A stretch of DNA of 64,000 bases, taken from positions 196,037 to 260,036 of the forward strand of contig DASWIX010000079.1 in assembly GCA_036397455.1 (NCBI GenBank). The letters are read 5' to 3'. Below are positions 1 through 10,147 of the stretch, piece after piece (within the stretch, counting starts at the first letter, position 1; every line of letters starts with the position of its first letter). Made by a program: the position numbers and the translations under genes. The notes under the pieces are model-generated. The model searched no databases. It was not told the DNA's origin and saw only the letters and a list, made by a program, of their open reading frames with translations. This stretch comes from Gemmatimonadales bacterium (lineage in GTDB: Bacteria; Gemmatimonadota; Gemmatimonadetes; Gemmatimonadales; GWC2-71-9).

Positions 1-444
1 GATCGCGCTGGCACCGATCGCCCGGGACTCGTACACCTGCACCGGATCGACGATGAAGTCTTTGCGGAGCACCGGCACCGCGGTGGCGCTCCGCACCGCC
101 ACGAGATCGCCGACCGAGCCGCCAAAATGCGCGGCGTCCGTCAGCACCGAGATCGCCGCGGCGCCGCCCGCCACGTAGTTGGCGGCGTGCACCGCCGGAT
201 CGATATTCGGCGCAATGGCGCCAGCCGACGGCGAGCGACGTTTCACCTCGGCGATCACGGAGACATGCTCCCCGCCGAACGCCGCCGTCCAGGGTGGCGA
301 GATTTCGGCCTGCTCCGCCTGCCGGCGGATGTCACCCAATCGGGCGCGCAACTCGGTGACGCGGCCCTTGGTGGCCGTCAGAATGTCGTGCAGTGACGTG
401 AACGGGGCCTTCTTGCGGTTCGGGGAGTTTTCGGGTATAGTCAC
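1..444 (-). CDS. trpC: Indole-3-glycerol phosphate synthase, N-terminal part (gene runs off the window edge)
   Basis: Not in the ORF track because it is an edge-truncated ORF. Reverse-complement translation from GTG (444-442) reads [34 protein letters not shown]...[19 protein letters not shown]...[16 protein letters not shown]...[25 protein letters not shown]. These are the classic IGPS blocks (E-x-K-R-x-SPS-x-G, ISVLTD, P-x-LRKDFI). Confidence 0.85.
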   Translation of the reverse strand, partial: MTIPENSPNRKKAPFTSLHDILTATKGRVTELRARLGDIRRQAEQAEISPPWTAAFGGEHVSVIAEVKRRSPSAGAIAPNIDPAVHAANYVAGGAAAISVLTDAAHFGGSVGDLVAVRSATAVPVLRKDFIVDPVQVYESRAIGASAI

Positions 445-486
445 TTCGGCCTATATTCGGTTCTCGACCCAGTTGGGGGCACCGCT

Positions 487-1095
487 ATGCCGCTCACGCG
501 CCGCCAGAAGCAAATACTCGATCACCTCGAAACGTACATCCGGACCAACGGTTACGCGCCATCGTTCGAGGAAATCGCCGAGCAGTTCTCCTTCAGTTCC
601 CTTGCCACCGTCCACGAGCACCTGACCAACCTGGAGCGGAAGGGCTACATCCACCGGACCCACAACGAGAGCCGGGCCATCGAGATGGTGCCAATCCCCG
701 GCCAGGCAGGTGCCACCGAGATCCCGTTGCTGGGGCAGGTGGCGGCAGGCGAACCGATCGAAGCGGTGGCCGAGGCGGAGACGATTGCCGTCCCCAACGA
801 CCTCCTCCCTCGTCGCGGGTCAAGTTATTGCCTGCGCGTGCGCGGCGATTCGATGATCGATGAGCACATCGAAGACGGCGATTTCGTCGTGGTCCACAAC
901 CGCAACACCGCCGATCAGGGCGAAATGGTGATCGCCCTCGTTCAAGGAACATCCGCCACCGTCAAGCGGCTGTACCGAGAAGCGGGCGGCTGGATCCGTC
1001 TCCAACCGGCCAATGACCGAGTCCAACCCATTCGGGTCCATGAAGACGACCTCCTGGTACAGGGCGTCGTGGTTGGCGTCATCCGGAAGTACTAG
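487..1095 (+). CDS. lexA: LexA SOS repressor / S24 autopeptidase
   Basis: 202 aa. N-terminal winged helix LTRRQKQILDHLETYIRTNGYAPSFEEIAEQF...TVHEHLTNLERKGYI. Cleavage-region VAAGEPIEA. Catalytic Ser in RVRGDSMID and Lys in TVKRL. The ATG is at 487. Confidence 0.95.
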   Translation: MPLTRRQKQILDHLETYIRTNGYAPSFEEIAEQFSFSSLATVHEHLTNLERKGYIHRTHNESRAIEMVPIPGQAGATEIPLLGQVAAGEPIEAVAEAETIAVPNDLLPRRGSSYCLRVRGDSMIDEHIEDGDFVVVHNRNTADQGEMVIALVQGTSATVKRLYREAGGWIRLQPANDRVQPIRVHEDDLLVQGVVVGVIRKY

Positions 1096-2146
1096 CCGGC
1101 CCGCCCGCTGCTCGAACCAGCGCATCCAGCGCCCGGGCCGCACTGCCGTCGTCGAGGGCAACGCTGGCCTGCCGCAACCCCTCCGGGTACGAATCGGCCA
1201 AGCCCGCTACATAGATCGCCGCTCCCGCGTTCAGGACGACCACGGCCTTCGCGTCCGGATCGGCATCGGGCTCCCGCAGCAGCGCGGAGAGCCGGGAGGC
1301 GTTCGCTCCCGGTTCCCCCCCGGCGAGCAGGCGAAGGTCGGCGATTGAATGTCCGAACTCCTCCGGGTCAATGGACCAGGTGGTGATCTCGTGCCCCCGG
1401 ATTTCCCACACGTCCGTCCGGCCCACGGGCGACACCTCGTCCATTCCCGCCGTCCCATGGACGACCATGGCGTGTTCGGTGCCGAGACGGGCGAGCGCGG
1501 TGGCGACGATCGGCGCACGGTCGGGGTCGGCAACCCCAATCACCTGTCGTCGAACGCCGGCCGGGTTGGCCAGCGGACCGATCAGGTTCATGACCGTGGG
1601 GACGCCCAACTCGCCCCGGACCGGGCCAACGAACTTCATGGCGGGATGAAATGCGGGCGCAAACAGGAACGCCATGCCAGCCCGTGCAATCATCGCCGCC
1701 GCCGCACCAGCCTCCACGACGACCTCGATACCAAGCGCCTCGAGCACGTCCGCCGATCCGCAACGTGATGTGTACGATCGGTTGCCGTGTTTCGCGACGC
1801 GGGCGCCCGCCCCGACGGCCACGAACGCGGCCGCGGTCGACACGTTAAAGGTCGAGACGACACCGCCCCCCGTCCCGCACGTATCGATTACCGGACCGGC
1901 CATTGCCGGCAGTTCCACCCGACGCATGACCCGCCGAAGCGCACGGACCGCGCCCGCCAGTTCCTCGCCGGACTCGCCCTGCACCCTGAGACCCATCAGC
2001 AGCCCCGCCGATTGTGCCGCGGTGGCCTCCCCCGTCATCAGGACCCCGACGGCCTGCTCCACGAGTGCCTCTCCCAGCCGTTCTCCGGCGGCGAGACGTT
2101 GGAGCGCCAGGATGAGTGGAGCGGTTTGAGGGGACGGCGGGGGCAT
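1079..2146 (-). CDS. trpD: Anthranilate phosphoribosyltransferase
   Basis: 355 aa with DTCGTGGG, KHGNRSYTSRCGSADVLEALG and NLIGPLANPA motifs. Its 3' end overlaps the lexA 3' end convergently by 17 nt (1079-1095). Confidence 0.95.
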   Translation of the reverse strand: MPPPSPQTAPLILALQRLAAGERLGEALVEQAVGVLMTGEATAAQSAGLLMGLRVQGESGEELAGAVRALRRVMRRVELPAMAGPVIDTCGTGGGVVSTFNVSTAAAFVAVGAGARVAKHGNRSYTSRCGSADVLEALGIEVVVEAGAAAAMIARAGMAFLFAPAFHPAMKFVGPVRGELGVPTVMNLIGPLANPAGVRRQVIGVADPDRAPIVATALARLGTEHAMVVHGTAGMDEVSPVGRTDVWEIRGHEITTWSIDPEEFGHSIADLRLLAGGEPGANASRLSALLREPDADPDAKAVVVLNAGAAIYVAGLADSYPEGLRQASVALDDGSAARALDALVRAAGGPASTSG

Positions 2147-2242
2147 GGTCGCGTATCCTACGGACCATCGACGAGGTTGTCAAACTGACGCAACCCCTTG
2201 TCTCACTTGCGACTACGTGGTCGTTGTGTATCTTCACCGCGC

Positions 2243-3019
2243 ATGGCGGAGCACCCTTGGTACGCTGTTTTGCAGTACTGCGGCCGCGACTTCGCCGGCT
2301 GGCAGTCGCAGCCCGCCGCGCGCACGGTGCAGGGCGATCTCGAACAGACCCTCAGCCGACTCGAAGGACAACGCGTGATGACCCATGCCGCGGGTCGCAC
2401 GGACGCGGGAGTGCACGCACTCGGCCAGGTGATCTCGTTCTCGACCCGTCGCGCCTGGGAGGGCCCGGATTTGCGGCGGGCCCTTAACGCCCTCCTGCCC
2501 GACGACATTTGGATCGAACGGGTGTCCGCGGCACCGGCGGGATTCCACGCCCGCAAGAGCGCCATGGCCCGCGTGTATCGCTACGTGGTTGGGTGCGACG
2601 ACGGCTCGCGATCACCGTTTCGGCATCCGTTCGAATGGGCGCTCGGCAGGCCACTGGACCCCTCGGCCCTCGCACACGTTGCAGGCCTGCTGACCGGGGA
2701 ACACGATTTCCGGGCCCTCTCGACGGTTGGGCAGACCAAGCCCCATTATCGCTGCCGCGTGGTGCAGGCAAACTGGCAGGCGCGCGCGGACGGCGAAGGA
2801 TTTATTTTTACCATCGAGGCGGATCGGTTTCTGCACCGGATGGTTCGTTTTCTGGTCGGACTCAGCATCGATGTTGCACTCGGCCGCCGCGGCCACGACG
2901 ACGTTACCCGGCTCTTGACGGCCCACACGAACGCCGACGCGAGCCCGCCGGCACCGCCGGAGGGCCTGTATCTGGTCGCCGTTCGATACCCTCAGTTGGA
3001 GGAGGACCACGCGCAATGA
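2243..3019 (+). CDS. truA: tRNA pseudouridine(38-40) synthase TruA
   Basis: The track ORF starts at 2198. I prefer the ATG at 2243 (MAEHPWYAVLQYCGRDFAGWQSQP). The catalytic Asp motif is AAGRTDAGVHALGQV. The stop overlaps the next start (ATGA at 3016-3019). Confidence 0.9.
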   Translation: MAEHPWYAVLQYCGRDFAGWQSQPAARTVQGDLEQTLSRLEGQRVMTHAAGRTDAGVHALGQVISFSTRRAWEGPDLRRALNALLPDDIWIERVSAAPAGFHARKSAMARVYRYVVGCDDGSRSPFRHPFEWALGRPLDPSALAHVAGLLTGEHDFRALSTVGQTKPHYRCRVVQANWQARADGEGFIFTIEADRFLHRMVRFLVGLSIDVALGRRGHDDVTRLLTAHTNADASPPAPPEGLYLVAVRYPQLEEDHAQ

Positions 3020-3684
3020 AATTCTTCCTGGATACCGCGGAGCTGAGCGAGATTCGCTGGGCCTCACAAGCCGGCCTGATCGACGGCGTCACCACCAATC
3101 CCAGTTTGCTGTCGAAGGTTGCGGGGGACCTCGATCCGCGAGATGTCCTGAAGGAGATCTGTTCGCTCGTGGAGGGGCCCATCAGCGCCGAGGTCATCAC
3201 GATCCAGCCGGACGAGATGTACACCGAGGGCAAGGCGCTCGCCAGGATCGCGGACAACATCGTGGTAAAGATCCCGATGATCGAAGACGGGTTGACCGCG
3301 ATCCGCCGGCTCAGCGCCGAAGGGATCCCGGTCAACGTCACGTTGTGCTTCTCCGCCGCGCAGTGTCTGGTGGCCGCCAAGGCCGGCGCGGCGTACGTCT
3401 CGCCGTTCCTGGGGCGGCTCGACGATGTGGGCCAGGAGGGCATGGAGGTCGTCAGCGAGACGCGGGTGATCTTCGACAACTACGATATCGAGACGGAGAT
3501 CCTCGCCGCGTCGATTCGACATCCGCGCCACATCACCGAAGCCGCGATGCTCGGCGCCGATGTGGCGACCATGCCGACCAGCGTACTCAAGAAGCTGCTG
3601 CTGCATCCCCTCACGGACCGGGGGTTGGATCAATTCCTGAACGATTGGAGCAAGATCGCGCATCGGCCCAAGGTCGAGGTGTGA
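3016..3684 (+). CDS. tal: Transaldolase, short type 3B / fructose-6-phosphate aldolase family
   Basis: 222 aa starting MKFFLDTAELSEIRWASQAGLIDGVTTNPSL. Schiff-base lysine context NIVVKIP. Also VNVTLCFS and YVSPFLGRLDD. It is embedded in the longer track ORF 2509..3684. Confidence 0.9.
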   Translation: MKFFLDTAELSEIRWASQAGLIDGVTTNPSLLSKVAGDLDPRDVLKEICSLVEGPISAEVITIQPDEMYTEGKALARIADNIVVKIPMIEDGLTAIRRLSAEGIPVNVTLCFSAAQCLVAAKAGAAYVSPFLGRLDDVGQEGMEVVSETRVIFDNYDIETEILAASIRHPRHITEAAMLGADVATMPTSVLKKLLLHPLTDRGLDQFLNDWSKIAHRPKVEV

Positions 3685-5066
3685 CCGCGGGCCTTGCGCT
3701 GACGATGATGGTGGCGGCGTGTGGCGCCGCAGCCCGCGACGCCGCGCCGCTCGAGCACGCCGCGGCGGTCCAACAGACCCAGAGCGTCACCGCATCGCGC
3801 AAGTCGGCGATCGTGACCGCCGCCCAACGCGTGGCGCCGTCGGTCGTGAGCGTCAATGTGGTCCGCCGCGAGCGTCAGCGCGCCGGCGACCCGTTCAGTC
3901 TCTTCTTCGTGCCGCGTGGATACGAGCGGACCGTCCAAGGGCTCGGCTCCGGCTTCGTGGTCACGCCGGACGGCCTCATCATCACCAATCAGCACGTCGT
4001 TGAAGGCGCCGAACAGATCGTCGTGACCACCAGCGACGGCTCCGACTACCCCGCCGAACTGCTGGGCGAGGATCCCGTGACCGACGTTGCCGCCCTGCGC
4101 ATTCAGGCCGACGGGCTCCACCCCGCCCCGTTAGGGAGCAGTACGGACTTGCTGATCGGCGAGTGGGTCGTCGCCATCGGCAACCCGTACGGCTATCTCC
4201 TCGGCAATACCGAGCCGACCGTCACCGCCGGAGTCGTGAGCGGCATCGGGCGCAACCTGCTTCCGTCCCCTGATCAGCCCGGGATCTATGTTGGCATGAT
4301 TCAGACCGATGCGCCGATCAACCCCGGCAACAGCGGCGGCCCGCTGGTGAACGCGGATGGCGAGGTCATCGGGGTCAACAGCAGCATCTTCTCGAGTTCG
4401 GGTGGATCGGTCGGAATCGGCTTCGCCATCCCGATCGAGCGAGCGTTGCGCGTCGCGCACCAGTTAGCGGATTCGCACGCGGTGCGACGCGCGTGGGTCG
4501 GCTTGGCCGTGACCGGCGCCGAGGGAATGCGCCAGTGGAAGGAGCGGGGTGGACTCGCGGTGATCGGCGTCACGCCGGGGAGCCCGGCGGAATCGGCGGG
4601 ATTGTCGGCCGGTGACGTGCTCGTGCGCGCGGGCACGCGGCCGCTGCGCACGTTCCTCGATTGGGAAGCGGTCAAGCTCGACGCATCACCGGGCGATACG
4701 GTCGCGCTCGAAGTCAAGGGTTCGCGCGGCAACCGCGTCGTACGGTTGGCGGTCGAGAACCTGCCCACCGAGCGTGCCGAGAAGATCGATGTCATGGGGG
4801 GGATCCGGCTGATCTCGGTCACGCCGGCGGTCCGCCAGGAGCGCGGCATCCAAAGCGAGAAGGGTGCGTTGGTCTACGAGTTGAGTGAGCGTACCCAGCG
4901 GATCACGGGGCTTCGACCCGGGGACGTCATTCGCCAGATCAACCGGAGCGTCATCGAGGCCGCGGACGACGTCGATCCCGCGTTCGAGACGGCGCGTGGG
5001 CGCGGGGTGCGCGTCTTCGTCGAACGCGGAGGTCGTATCAGCTACGTCGAGTTCTACATTCGATGA
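3681..5066 (+). CDS. HtrA/DegP-family periplasmic serine protease with two PDZ-like domains
   Basis: The start is taken at GTG 3681 (GTGA overlap with the tal stop), giving the signal/lipobox-like N-terminus VTAGLALTMMVAACGAAA. Catalytic triad contexts are ITNQHVV, DVAALRI and INPGNSGGPLV. PDZ-like segments are GLAVIGVTPGSPAESAGLSAGDVL and GLRPGDVIRQINR. Confidence 0.9.
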   Translation: MTAGLALTMMVAACGAAARDAAPLEHAAAVQQTQSVTASRKSAIVTAAQRVAPSVVSVNVVRRERQRAGDPFSLFFVPRGYERTVQGLGSGFVVTPDGLIITNQHVVEGAEQIVVTTSDGSDYPAELLGEDPVTDVAALRIQADGLHPAPLGSSTDLLIGEWVVAIGNPYGYLLGNTEPTVTAGVVSGIGRNLLPSPDQPGIYVGMIQTDAPINPGNSGGPLVNADGEVIGVNSSIFSSSGGSVGIGFAIPIERALRVAHQLADSHAVRRAWVGLAVTGAEGMRQWKERGGLAVIGVTPGSPAESAGLSAGDVLVRAGTRPLRTFLDWEAVKLDASPGDTVALEVKGSRGNRVVRLAVENLPTERAEKIDVMGGIRLISVTPAVRQERGIQSEKGALVYELSERTQRITGLRPGDVIRQINRSVIEAADDVDPAFETARGRGVRVFVERGGRISYVEFYIR

Positions 5067-6502
5067 ACGCGCGCGATCGCTACGAATCCCCGCTGGCGAC
5101 GCGCTATGCGTCGCCGACCATGCAACGGTTGTGGGGCGGCGCGCATCGCGCCGGCCTGTGGCGCCGCCTGTGGCTCGCGCTCGCGGAAGAGGAACGCCGG
5201 CTCGGCGTCGACATTCCGGAGCAGGCGATCGCCGACATGCGCGCGCATCTCGACGACGCCGACCTGGCCGCGGTGCGCGACTACGAACACACCCTCCGTC
5301 ACGATGTGATGGCGCACATCCATCATTTCGGCGATCAGGCGCCGGCCGCGCGCCCCTACCTGCACCTGGGCGCTACGAGTTGTTTCGTCACGGACAACGC
5401 CGACCTGATCGTGCTGCGCGAGGCGTTGCGCTTGATGCTGGGGCGGTTGATCGCCCTGCTTCGCGCACTGCGTGACCACGCGCTCGCGTTTCGCCGGCTC
5501 CCCACGGTGGCCTACACTCATTTCCAGCCTGCGCAGCTCACGACGGTGGGCAAACGCGCCGCGCTGTGGTTGCAGGATTTCGCGATCGATGCGGCGTCGC
5601 TGGCGAACGTGATCGAGACGCTGCCGTTCCGCGGCTGCAAGGGGACGACCGGCACGCAGGCGAGCTTTCTCGACCTTCTCGATGGAAACGAAGACGCGGT
5701 GCGTGAACTCGATGCCCGCGTGGCGGCGGCGTTCGGCTTCGCGTCGACCATCCCGGTCTCGGGCCAGACATACACGCGCAAGATCGACGCGCGGATCATG
5801 GACGGCTGGAGCGGCATCGCCCAGTCCTGCGCCAAGTTCGGGAATGACCTCCGGCTGCTGCAGCACGAGGGTGAGGTGCTCGAACCGGCGGAGTCCGCGC
5901 AGGTGGGGTCGAGCGCCATGCCCTATAAGCGTAATCCCATGCGGGCCGAACGGCTCTGCGCCCTGGCGCGGTACGTCATCACGTTGCGGGAGAACTCGGC
6001 CCATACCGCGGCCACGCAATGGCTCGAGCGGACGCTCGACGACAGCGCGAACCGCCGCCTGGTGCTGCCGGACGCGGCCATGGCGGTGGACGCGCTGCTG
6101 ATCCTCGCCACCAACGTTGCCGCCGGCCTGGAAGTGCGGGAGACGTTGATCGGTCACCACGTGGCGCAAGCCATGCCGTTCATGGCGACGGAGCGCTGGC
6201 TCATGCTGGGTGTCGTCGCGGGCGGAGACCGCCAGGCGCTGCACGAGGTGATGCGCCGGCACAGCTGGGCCGCCAAGGACGCCGTGGACGGCGGCGCGGC
6301 CAATGATCTGCTCGATCGCCTCGCGGCCGATCCCGCCTTCGCGGCGGTCGACGTCCGCGCGCTACGCGCCGAGCTGGATCCAGATCGCTACGTCGGCCGT
6401 GCCCCCAATCAGGTGGTCGAATACATCGAACACCACCTCGATCCGCTGCTCGAGCGCCTGACACCTTTCCAGACCACCGACACCACAGGGGTGACCGTCT
6501 GA
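5063..6502 (+). CDS. purB: Adenylosuccinate lyase
   Basis: 479 aa. Fumarate-lyase signature [16 protein letters not shown]-terminus [23 protein letters not shown] overlap with the htrA stop (5063-5066). Confidence 0.95.
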   Translation: MNARDRYESPLATRYASPTMQRLWGGAHRAGLWRRLWLALAEEERRLGVDIPEQAIADMRAHLDDADLAAVRDYEHTLRHDVMAHIHHFGDQAPAARPYLHLGATSCFVTDNADLIVLREALRLMLGRLIALLRALRDHALAFRRLPTVAYTHFQPAQLTTVGKRAALWLQDFAIDAASLANVIETLPFRGCKGTTGTQASFLDLLDGNEDAVRELDARVAAAFGFASTIPVSGQTYTRKIDARIMDGWSGIAQSCAKFGNDLRLLQHEGEVLEPAESAQVGSSAMPYKRNPMRAERLCALARYVITLRENSAHTAATQWLERTLDDSANRRLVLPDAAMAVDALLILATNVAAGLEVRETLIGHHVAQAMPFMATERWLMLGVVAGGDRQALHEVMRRHSWAAKDAVDGGAANDLLDRLAADPAFAAVDVRALRAELDPDRYVGRAPNQVVEYIEHHLDPLLERLTPFQTTDTTGVTV

Positions 6503-6513
6503 CTGATAGCCCA

Positions 6514-7425
6514 ATGGTCGCCAGCGACCTCCCGCTGCCACTCGTGCGCCGTGGTAAAGTCCGCGAGATGTACGCCGTCGACGACGACACGCTGCTGCTC
6601 GTCGCCTCGGACCGGGTGAGCGCGTTCGACATCGTGCTGCCCAATCCGATTCCGAAAAAGGGCGCGGTCCTGACGCAGATCAGCGCCTACTGGTTCCGCG
6701 AACTCGCGGCCGTCGTCCCCAACCACTGTCTCGCGGCCGACGCCGACACGATCGTGGCGCGCGTGCCCGAGCTGGTGGCGCATCGTGACGCGCTGGTGGG
6801 TCGAGCGATGCTGTGTCGGCGCACCGAACCGCTGCCGGTCGAATGTGTGGTGCGGGGTTACCTCGCGGGCTCGGCCTGGGGGGAGTATCGCGAGCACGGC
6901 ACCCTGGCCGGGGAACCGCTGCCGACCGGCCTCAGGGAGAGCAGCCGACTGGACCGGCCGATCTTCTCCCCGGCCACCAAGGCGGAGTCAGGTCACGACG
7001 AGAACATCACCTTCGCACAGATGACCGAGATCGTCGGCCCCGACACCGCGACGCGACTGCGCGACACGAGTGTCGCGCTCTACGAGGCCGGGCGGGATCG
7101 CGCGGCCGGACACGGCATCATCATCGCCGACACGAAGTTCGAGTTCGGGCGCCTGGCCGACGGCGCGCTGCTGCTGATCGATGAGCTGCTGACGCCGGAT
7201 TCCTCCCGGTTCTGGCCCGCGGACCGGTACGAGCCGGGCCGCGGCCAAGCGAGCTTCGACAAACAGCCCCTGCGCGACTACCTCGCCGGGCAGAAGCGGA
7301 GCGGCGCGTGGGACGGTGGATGGGACGTTCCCGCATTACCCGACGAGATCGTGCGTGCCACCAGCATTCGCTATCAGGACGCGTTCCTGCGCATCACCGG
7401 TGCCCCGCTGCCCGAGGGCGGGTGA
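6514..7425 (+). CDS. purC: Phosphoribosylaminoimidazole-succinocarboxamide (SAICAR) synthase
   Basis: 303 aa with [37 protein letters not shown] and [14 protein letters not shown]. Confidence 0.95.
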   Translation: MVASDLPLPLVRRGKVREMYAVDDDTLLLVASDRVSAFDIVLPNPIPKKGAVLTQISAYWFRELAAVVPNHCLAADADTIVARVPELVAHRDALVGRAMLCRRTEPLPVECVVRGYLAGSAWGEYREHGTLAGEPLPTGLRESSRLDRPIFSPATKAESGHDENITFAQMTEIVGPDTATRLRDTSVALYEAGRDRAAGHGIIIADTKFEFGRLADGALLLIDELLTPDSSRFWPADRYEPGRGQASFDKQPLRDYLAGQKRSGAWDGGWDVPALPDEIVRATSIRYQDAFLRITGAPLPEGG

Positions 7426-8072
7426 AGGTCGCGCCGGAAGGCATCCCGTTTATCGCGATCGGGCTGGCCATGCTGTTCGCGCTGGTGGCCGTGGCGCAGG
7501 TGGCGGGCGGTGGATGGTGGTACGCCGCGCCGGCGGCCTGGACGCCGGTAGCAGTCTGGGTACCGCTGTTCTTTCGCAACCCGGCACGCCGCGGACCGCG
7601 GGGCGACCGGTTGATCATCGCGCCGGCTGATGGCCTGGTGGTGAGTGTGGCGACGGTTGACGAGTCCGATTTCATCGGGGGACCCGCCGTGCGGGTCTCG
7701 GTGTTCATGAATGTGTTCAACGTGCATGTCAATCGGGCACCGGTCTCCGGCACCGCGGCATACCGGCAGTACCGGCCGGGAGCGTTCCTGAACGCGTCGC
7801 TCGACAAGGCGAGCGAACGGAACGAGCAGATGTCGCTCGGGATCGAAGCGGGGGGACGCCGCGTGCTGCTGCGCCAGATCGCGGGTCTCATCGCGCGACG
7901 CATCGTCACCGACCCGCGCCAGGGGGATCCGGTGAGGCAGGGGGAACGCGTGGGACTGATTCGGTTCGGCTCGCGTGTGGACACGTTCTTTCCCCCAACC
8001 GCCACCGCGCGCGTCACGGTGGGCGAGCGGACGCGTGCCGGGATGACGGTGATCGCGGAGTGGGCCGAATGA
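7422..8072 (+). CDS. psd: Phosphatidylserine decarboxylase proenzyme (short type)
   Basis: The start is taken at GTG 7422 (GTGA overlap with the purC stop). N-terminal TM segments are present. The self-cleavage motif is [13 protein letters not shown]. The track ORF starts upstream at 7308, inside purC. Confidence 0.85.
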   Translation: MKVAPEGIPFIAIGLAMLFALVAVAQVAGGGWWYAAPAAWTPVAVWVPLFFRNPARRGPRGDRLIIAPADGLVVSVATVDESDFIGGPAVRVSVFMNVFNVHVNRAPVSGTAAYRQYRPGAFLNASLDKASERNEQMSLGIEAGGRRVLLRQIAGLIARRIVTDPRQGDPVRQGERVGLIRFGSRVDTFFPPTATARVTVGERTRAGMTVIAEWAE

Positions 8073-8839
8073 CGCGCCGACGCGGGCGCGGCGTGCGGCA
8101 GGCCGTGGTGGTCGTTCCCAGCATCTTCACACTGGCGAACCTCTTCTTTGGCATCTGGTCGATCATCCTGGCATCAAGCGGCGAGTTCTATCGCGCGAGC
8201 TGGTACATCGTGATCGCGGGGATTCTGGATACGCTCGACGGCCGCGTCGCGCGCATGAGCCAGACCGGATCGCGGTTCGGCGCCGAGTTGGACTCGCTCG
8301 TCGACATCGTCAGCTTCGGCGTGGCGCCGGCCCTGCTGATCTACTACGTCATGTTCGCCTCGCAAGGCGGCTTCACCTGGGTGTTCTCCTACGCCTTCGT
8401 CGTCTGCGTGGCCCTCCGCCTGGCGCGATACAACGTCGGCGACGTGGGCCACGATCCGGCCGGGGAGTTTCAGGGGCTGCCGTCACCCGCCGCGGGCATG
8501 ACCCTGGCGACCTACTTCCCGTTCACTCAGACCGAGTTCTACCAGGGACAGTTGACGGCCTTTCCCTGGTTGCAGCTTATCATCTTCCTGATCGTCGCGC
8601 TGAGCCTGGCGATGGTATCCGGCGTTCGGTACGCGCGACTCCCGGGGATCGGAGTCCGAACGACCCGCGGATGGATCGGGCTGATGGTGATACTCACGGT
8701 GATTGCCTTCGGCGTTTGGGAACGCGACATATTCTTCTTCCCGCTTGGTCTGGCGTACCTGACCTATGGGTTGGGACGGCAGGTGGTCGTAGGGTTCCTG
8801 GCGCACGGGGATGTCCCGACATACCCGCAAGGAGAGTAG
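8069..8839 (+). CDS. pssA: CDP-diacylglycerol--serine O-phosphatidyltransferase
   Basis: Perfect CDP-alcohol phosphatidyltransferase motif DTLDGRVARMSQTGSRFGAELDSLVD (D-x2-DG-x2-AR-x8-G-x3-D-x3-D). Multi-TM. ATG 8069 forms an ATGA overlap with the psd stop. The track start at 8060 is a GTG. Confidence 0.85.
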   Translation: MTRRRGRGVRQAVVVVPSIFTLANLFFGIWSIILASSGEFYRASWYIVIAGILDTLDGRVARMSQTGSRFGAELDSLVDIVSFGVAPALLIYYVMFASQGGFTWVFSYAFVVCVALRLARYNVGDVGHDPAGEFQGLPSPAAGMTLATYFPFTQTEFYQGQLTAFPWLQLIIFLIVALSLAMVSGVRYARLPGIGVRTTRGWIGLMVILTVIAFGVWERDIFFFPLGLAYLTYGLGRQVVVGFLAHGDVPTYPQGE

Positions 8840-9097
8840 ATGGGACGGTATCTAATCGACGTCCGCGTGATGCCGAGAGAGCGGTTGCTCGATCCGCAGG
8901 GAAACGCGGTACATCATGCCCTGGCGGCACTGGGATTCGACGAGGTCGCGGAGGTGCGCATCGGGAAGTCGCTGTCGCTCGCGGTCGACGCGCCCGATGC
9001 CGCCAGTGCCGCGGAGCGCGCCAACGTCATGTGTGAACGCCTGCTCGCCAACCCGGTGACGGAGGACTACGTCGTCGTGGTGGAGGGCGAAGCGTGA
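8840..9097 (+). CDS. purS: FGAM synthase subunit PurS
   Basis: 85 aa: YLIDVRVMPRERLLDPQGNAVHHALAALGFDEVAEVRIGKSLSLAV. The ATG directly abuts the pssA stop (TAGATG). Confidence 0.9.
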   Translation: MGRYLIDVRVMPRERLLDPQGNAVHHALAALGFDEVAEVRIGKSLSLAVDAPDAASAAERANVMCERLLANPVTEDYVVVVEGEA

Positions 9098-9777
9098 CCC
9101 GCGTGGCTGTCGTGCGGTTCCCCGGATCGAACTGCGATTTCGACGCGCTACGCGCCGCGCAACGCGCCGGCGCCGACGCGTACTTCGTTTGGCACCGGGA
9201 CAACGACCTCGATCGTGCCGATGCGGTGATCCTCCCCGGTGGGTTTGCGTACGGCGACTACTTGCGGGCCGGCGCGATTGCGCGGTTCAGCCCGGTCATG
9301 GATGCGGTCGCGGCGCATGCCGAGGCGGGCGGGCCCGTGCTCGGGATTTGCAACGGGTTCCAGGTTCTGTGCGAGGCCGGTCTCCTGCCGGGGGCGCTGA
9401 TGCGCAACGCGGGCCAACGGTTCGTGTCACGCCCGGTGGACGTGCGCATTGAAGGCGTCGAGACCCCCTTCACGGCATCCTACGAGAAAGGTGCTATTAT
9501 TCGTGTTCCCATTGCCCACGGCGAGGGACGCTATGTGGCAACCGAGGCGGTCGTACGCGAACTCGAAGCCGACCGGCGCGTCATCTTGCGATACCTGGAG
9601 AACCCCAATGGGTCGATCGGGAACATCGCGGGAATCGTGAACCGTGGTGGGAATGTGGTGGGGATGATGCCGCACCCGGAACGCGCGGCGGACCCGCTGG
9701 TTGGAGCCTCCGCCGGCCACGGGGTCTTCGCCTCGATGATGACGAGTCTCGAACGCCTGAAGCAGGGCATCGCATGA
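9094..9777 (+). CDS. purQ: FGAM synthase glutaminase subunit PurQ
   Basis: 227 aa. VAVVRFPGSNCDFD, nucleophile context LGICNGFQVL, and MMPHPER for the His/Glu of the triad. GTGA overlap with the purS stop. Confidence 0.95.
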   Translation: MTRVAVVRFPGSNCDFDALRAAQRAGADAYFVWHRDNDLDRADAVILPGGFAYGDYLRAGAIARFSPVMDAVAAHAEAGGPVLGICNGFQVLCEAGLLPGALMRNAGQRFVSRPVDVRIEGVETPFTASYEKGAIIRVPIAHGEGRYVATEAVVRELEADRRVILRYLENPNGSIGNIAGIVNRGGNVVGMMPHPERAADPLVGASAGHGVFASMMTSLERLKQGIA

Positions 9778-9826
9778 GCAGGGAGATGTCTATCCTCAAC
9801 CGAGCCGCGTGGCGGCGGGGCCTCCG

Positions 9827-10147
9827 ATGACCGACAAGCCCAGTCGTAACGAAGAGGAATATTTCGCGCGCCAGCACGCCGAACAGCTCAAGGCCCGGCG
9901 CGCGGAGGCGGCCGCGGAAGCGGCACGGAAAGAGCGGGCGGCGCACCACATGAAGTGCCCTAAGTGCGGTGCCAACCTCCATGCGGAGGTATACCACACG
10001 ATCCACGTGGACCGCTGCGAAGAGTGCCAAGGGCTCTGGTTCGACGCCGGTGAGGCGGAACTCCTCATCAAGGCAAACGAGGCGCATGGTGTCGGCGGCA
10101 TCTTCCGATCGATCGTGCGGGGCGTCCGGGGGAAGACCGCGGAATGA
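9827..10147 (+). CDS. Small zinc-ribbon protein (TFIIB-type zf, CxxC...CxxC)
   Basis: [39 protein letters not shown] preceded by a charged helical N-terminus. The start is ambiguous (GTG 9809 or ATG 9827). The stop overlaps the purL ATG (ATGA 10144-10147). Confidence 0.6.
   Translation: MTDKPSRNEEEYFARQHAEQLKARRAEAAAEAARKERAAHHMKCPKCGANLHAEVYHTIHVDRCEECQGLWFDAGEAELLIKANEAHGVGGIFRSIVRGVRGKTAE

Noticed and set aside
436-457. TATAG-N11-CTATA symmetry (TATAGT at 436-441 and TATATT at 452-457) between trpC and lexA, considered as a LexA/SOS box.
   Set aside because: - The half-site spacing is wider than any LexA box class I know (CTGT-N8-ACAG, GAAC-N4-GTTC, GTTC-N7-GTTC and others).
- The two A/T hexamers are more simply -10-like elements of the divergent promoters.
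- I cannot decide this without a genome-wide motif search.
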